Shown here piece by piece: positions 33,676 through 33,840 of a DNA stretch of 33,840 nucleotides (position 1 is its first letter; each line of letters opens with the position of its first letter). A program made the position numbers and the translations under genes. The stretch is from the NCBI GenBank assembly GCA_041694845.1, contig JBGFRY010000014.1, positions 1-33,840 on the forward strand, written 5' to 3'. The notes under the pieces are model-generated. The model did not search any database. It was not told the DNA's origin and worked only from the letters and a program-made list of their open reading frames with translations. Source of the DNA: Candidatus Micrarchaeota archaeon. GTDB taxonomy: Archaea; Micrarchaeota; Micrarchaeia; Anstonellales; Bilamarchaeaceae.

Positions 33676-33840
33676 TTTTGCTCACCTTCTTTCAATGCAT
33701 ATTAAACTACTAAACAAAACATTATTTAAAGTTATAATTTTTAGTTTCAAGGTAAATAGTAAAAGTAGATAATATTTTTAGAATTTCTAATAATATGCAG
33801 GAATATGTAATCACAAGTAAAACCTACATAAAACCAGAAA

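Noticed and set aside
33795-33840. ATG 33795 (MQEYVITSKTYIKPE...) about 20 nt downstream of an ATAATATTTTTA element, as the start of the next gene
   Set aside because: Only 15 codons are visible before the window ends, which is too little to support a call.

Overview
Visibly AT-rich archaeal chromosome segment. The archaeal assignment rests on split RNA polymerase genes (rpoH, B'', B', A', A''), L30e, a KH-type NusA, aSUI1, RNase P Rpp29 and diphthine synthase. Lysine-rich protein tails and frequent GGAGG/GGTGA ribosome-binding sites suggest a small-genome (possibly DPANN-like) lineage, but that is inference only. About 26.5 kb is core housekeeping: carA-carB, a divergent CorA-like transporter (minus strand), sufB, rpl18e-rpl13-rps9-rpoN, dut, a fused guaA, then rpoH-rpoB''-rpoB'-rpoA'-rpoA''-rpl30e-nusA. 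Converging on this from the minus strand is rpl3-rpl4-rpl23-rpl2-rps19-rpl22-rps3-rpl29-SUI1-(gap)-rnp1, followed by a rhomboid protease and dph5. Five things go beyond routine annotation. (1) A 364-aa intein splits the GEPGTQM/TMRTFHYAGV motif of RpoA''. (2) A 211-bp inverted repeat pair (201/211 identical, no indels; 90..300 and 26792..27002) brackets the whole housekeeping block and carries a short ORF with a coding-like substitution pattern. (3) Both conserved informational operons are truncated where they converge (20394..20441), and an opposite-strand ORF sits inside the r-protein operon. (4) The CorA homologue has GSM in place of the GMN motif. (5) The right-hand 6 kb (27.9-33.7 kb) is an accessory cell-envelope region. 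It holds a 945-aa coiled-coil bitopic protein with a TolA/TonB-CTD-like tail, a lipobox lipoprotein, a 513-bp repeat-bearing spacer, and a beta-rich protein ending in a transglutaminase-like Cys-His-Asp domain. No rRNA, tRNA or CRISPR array was recognised. All functional calls come from motif recognition in the supplied translations; no database search was possible.
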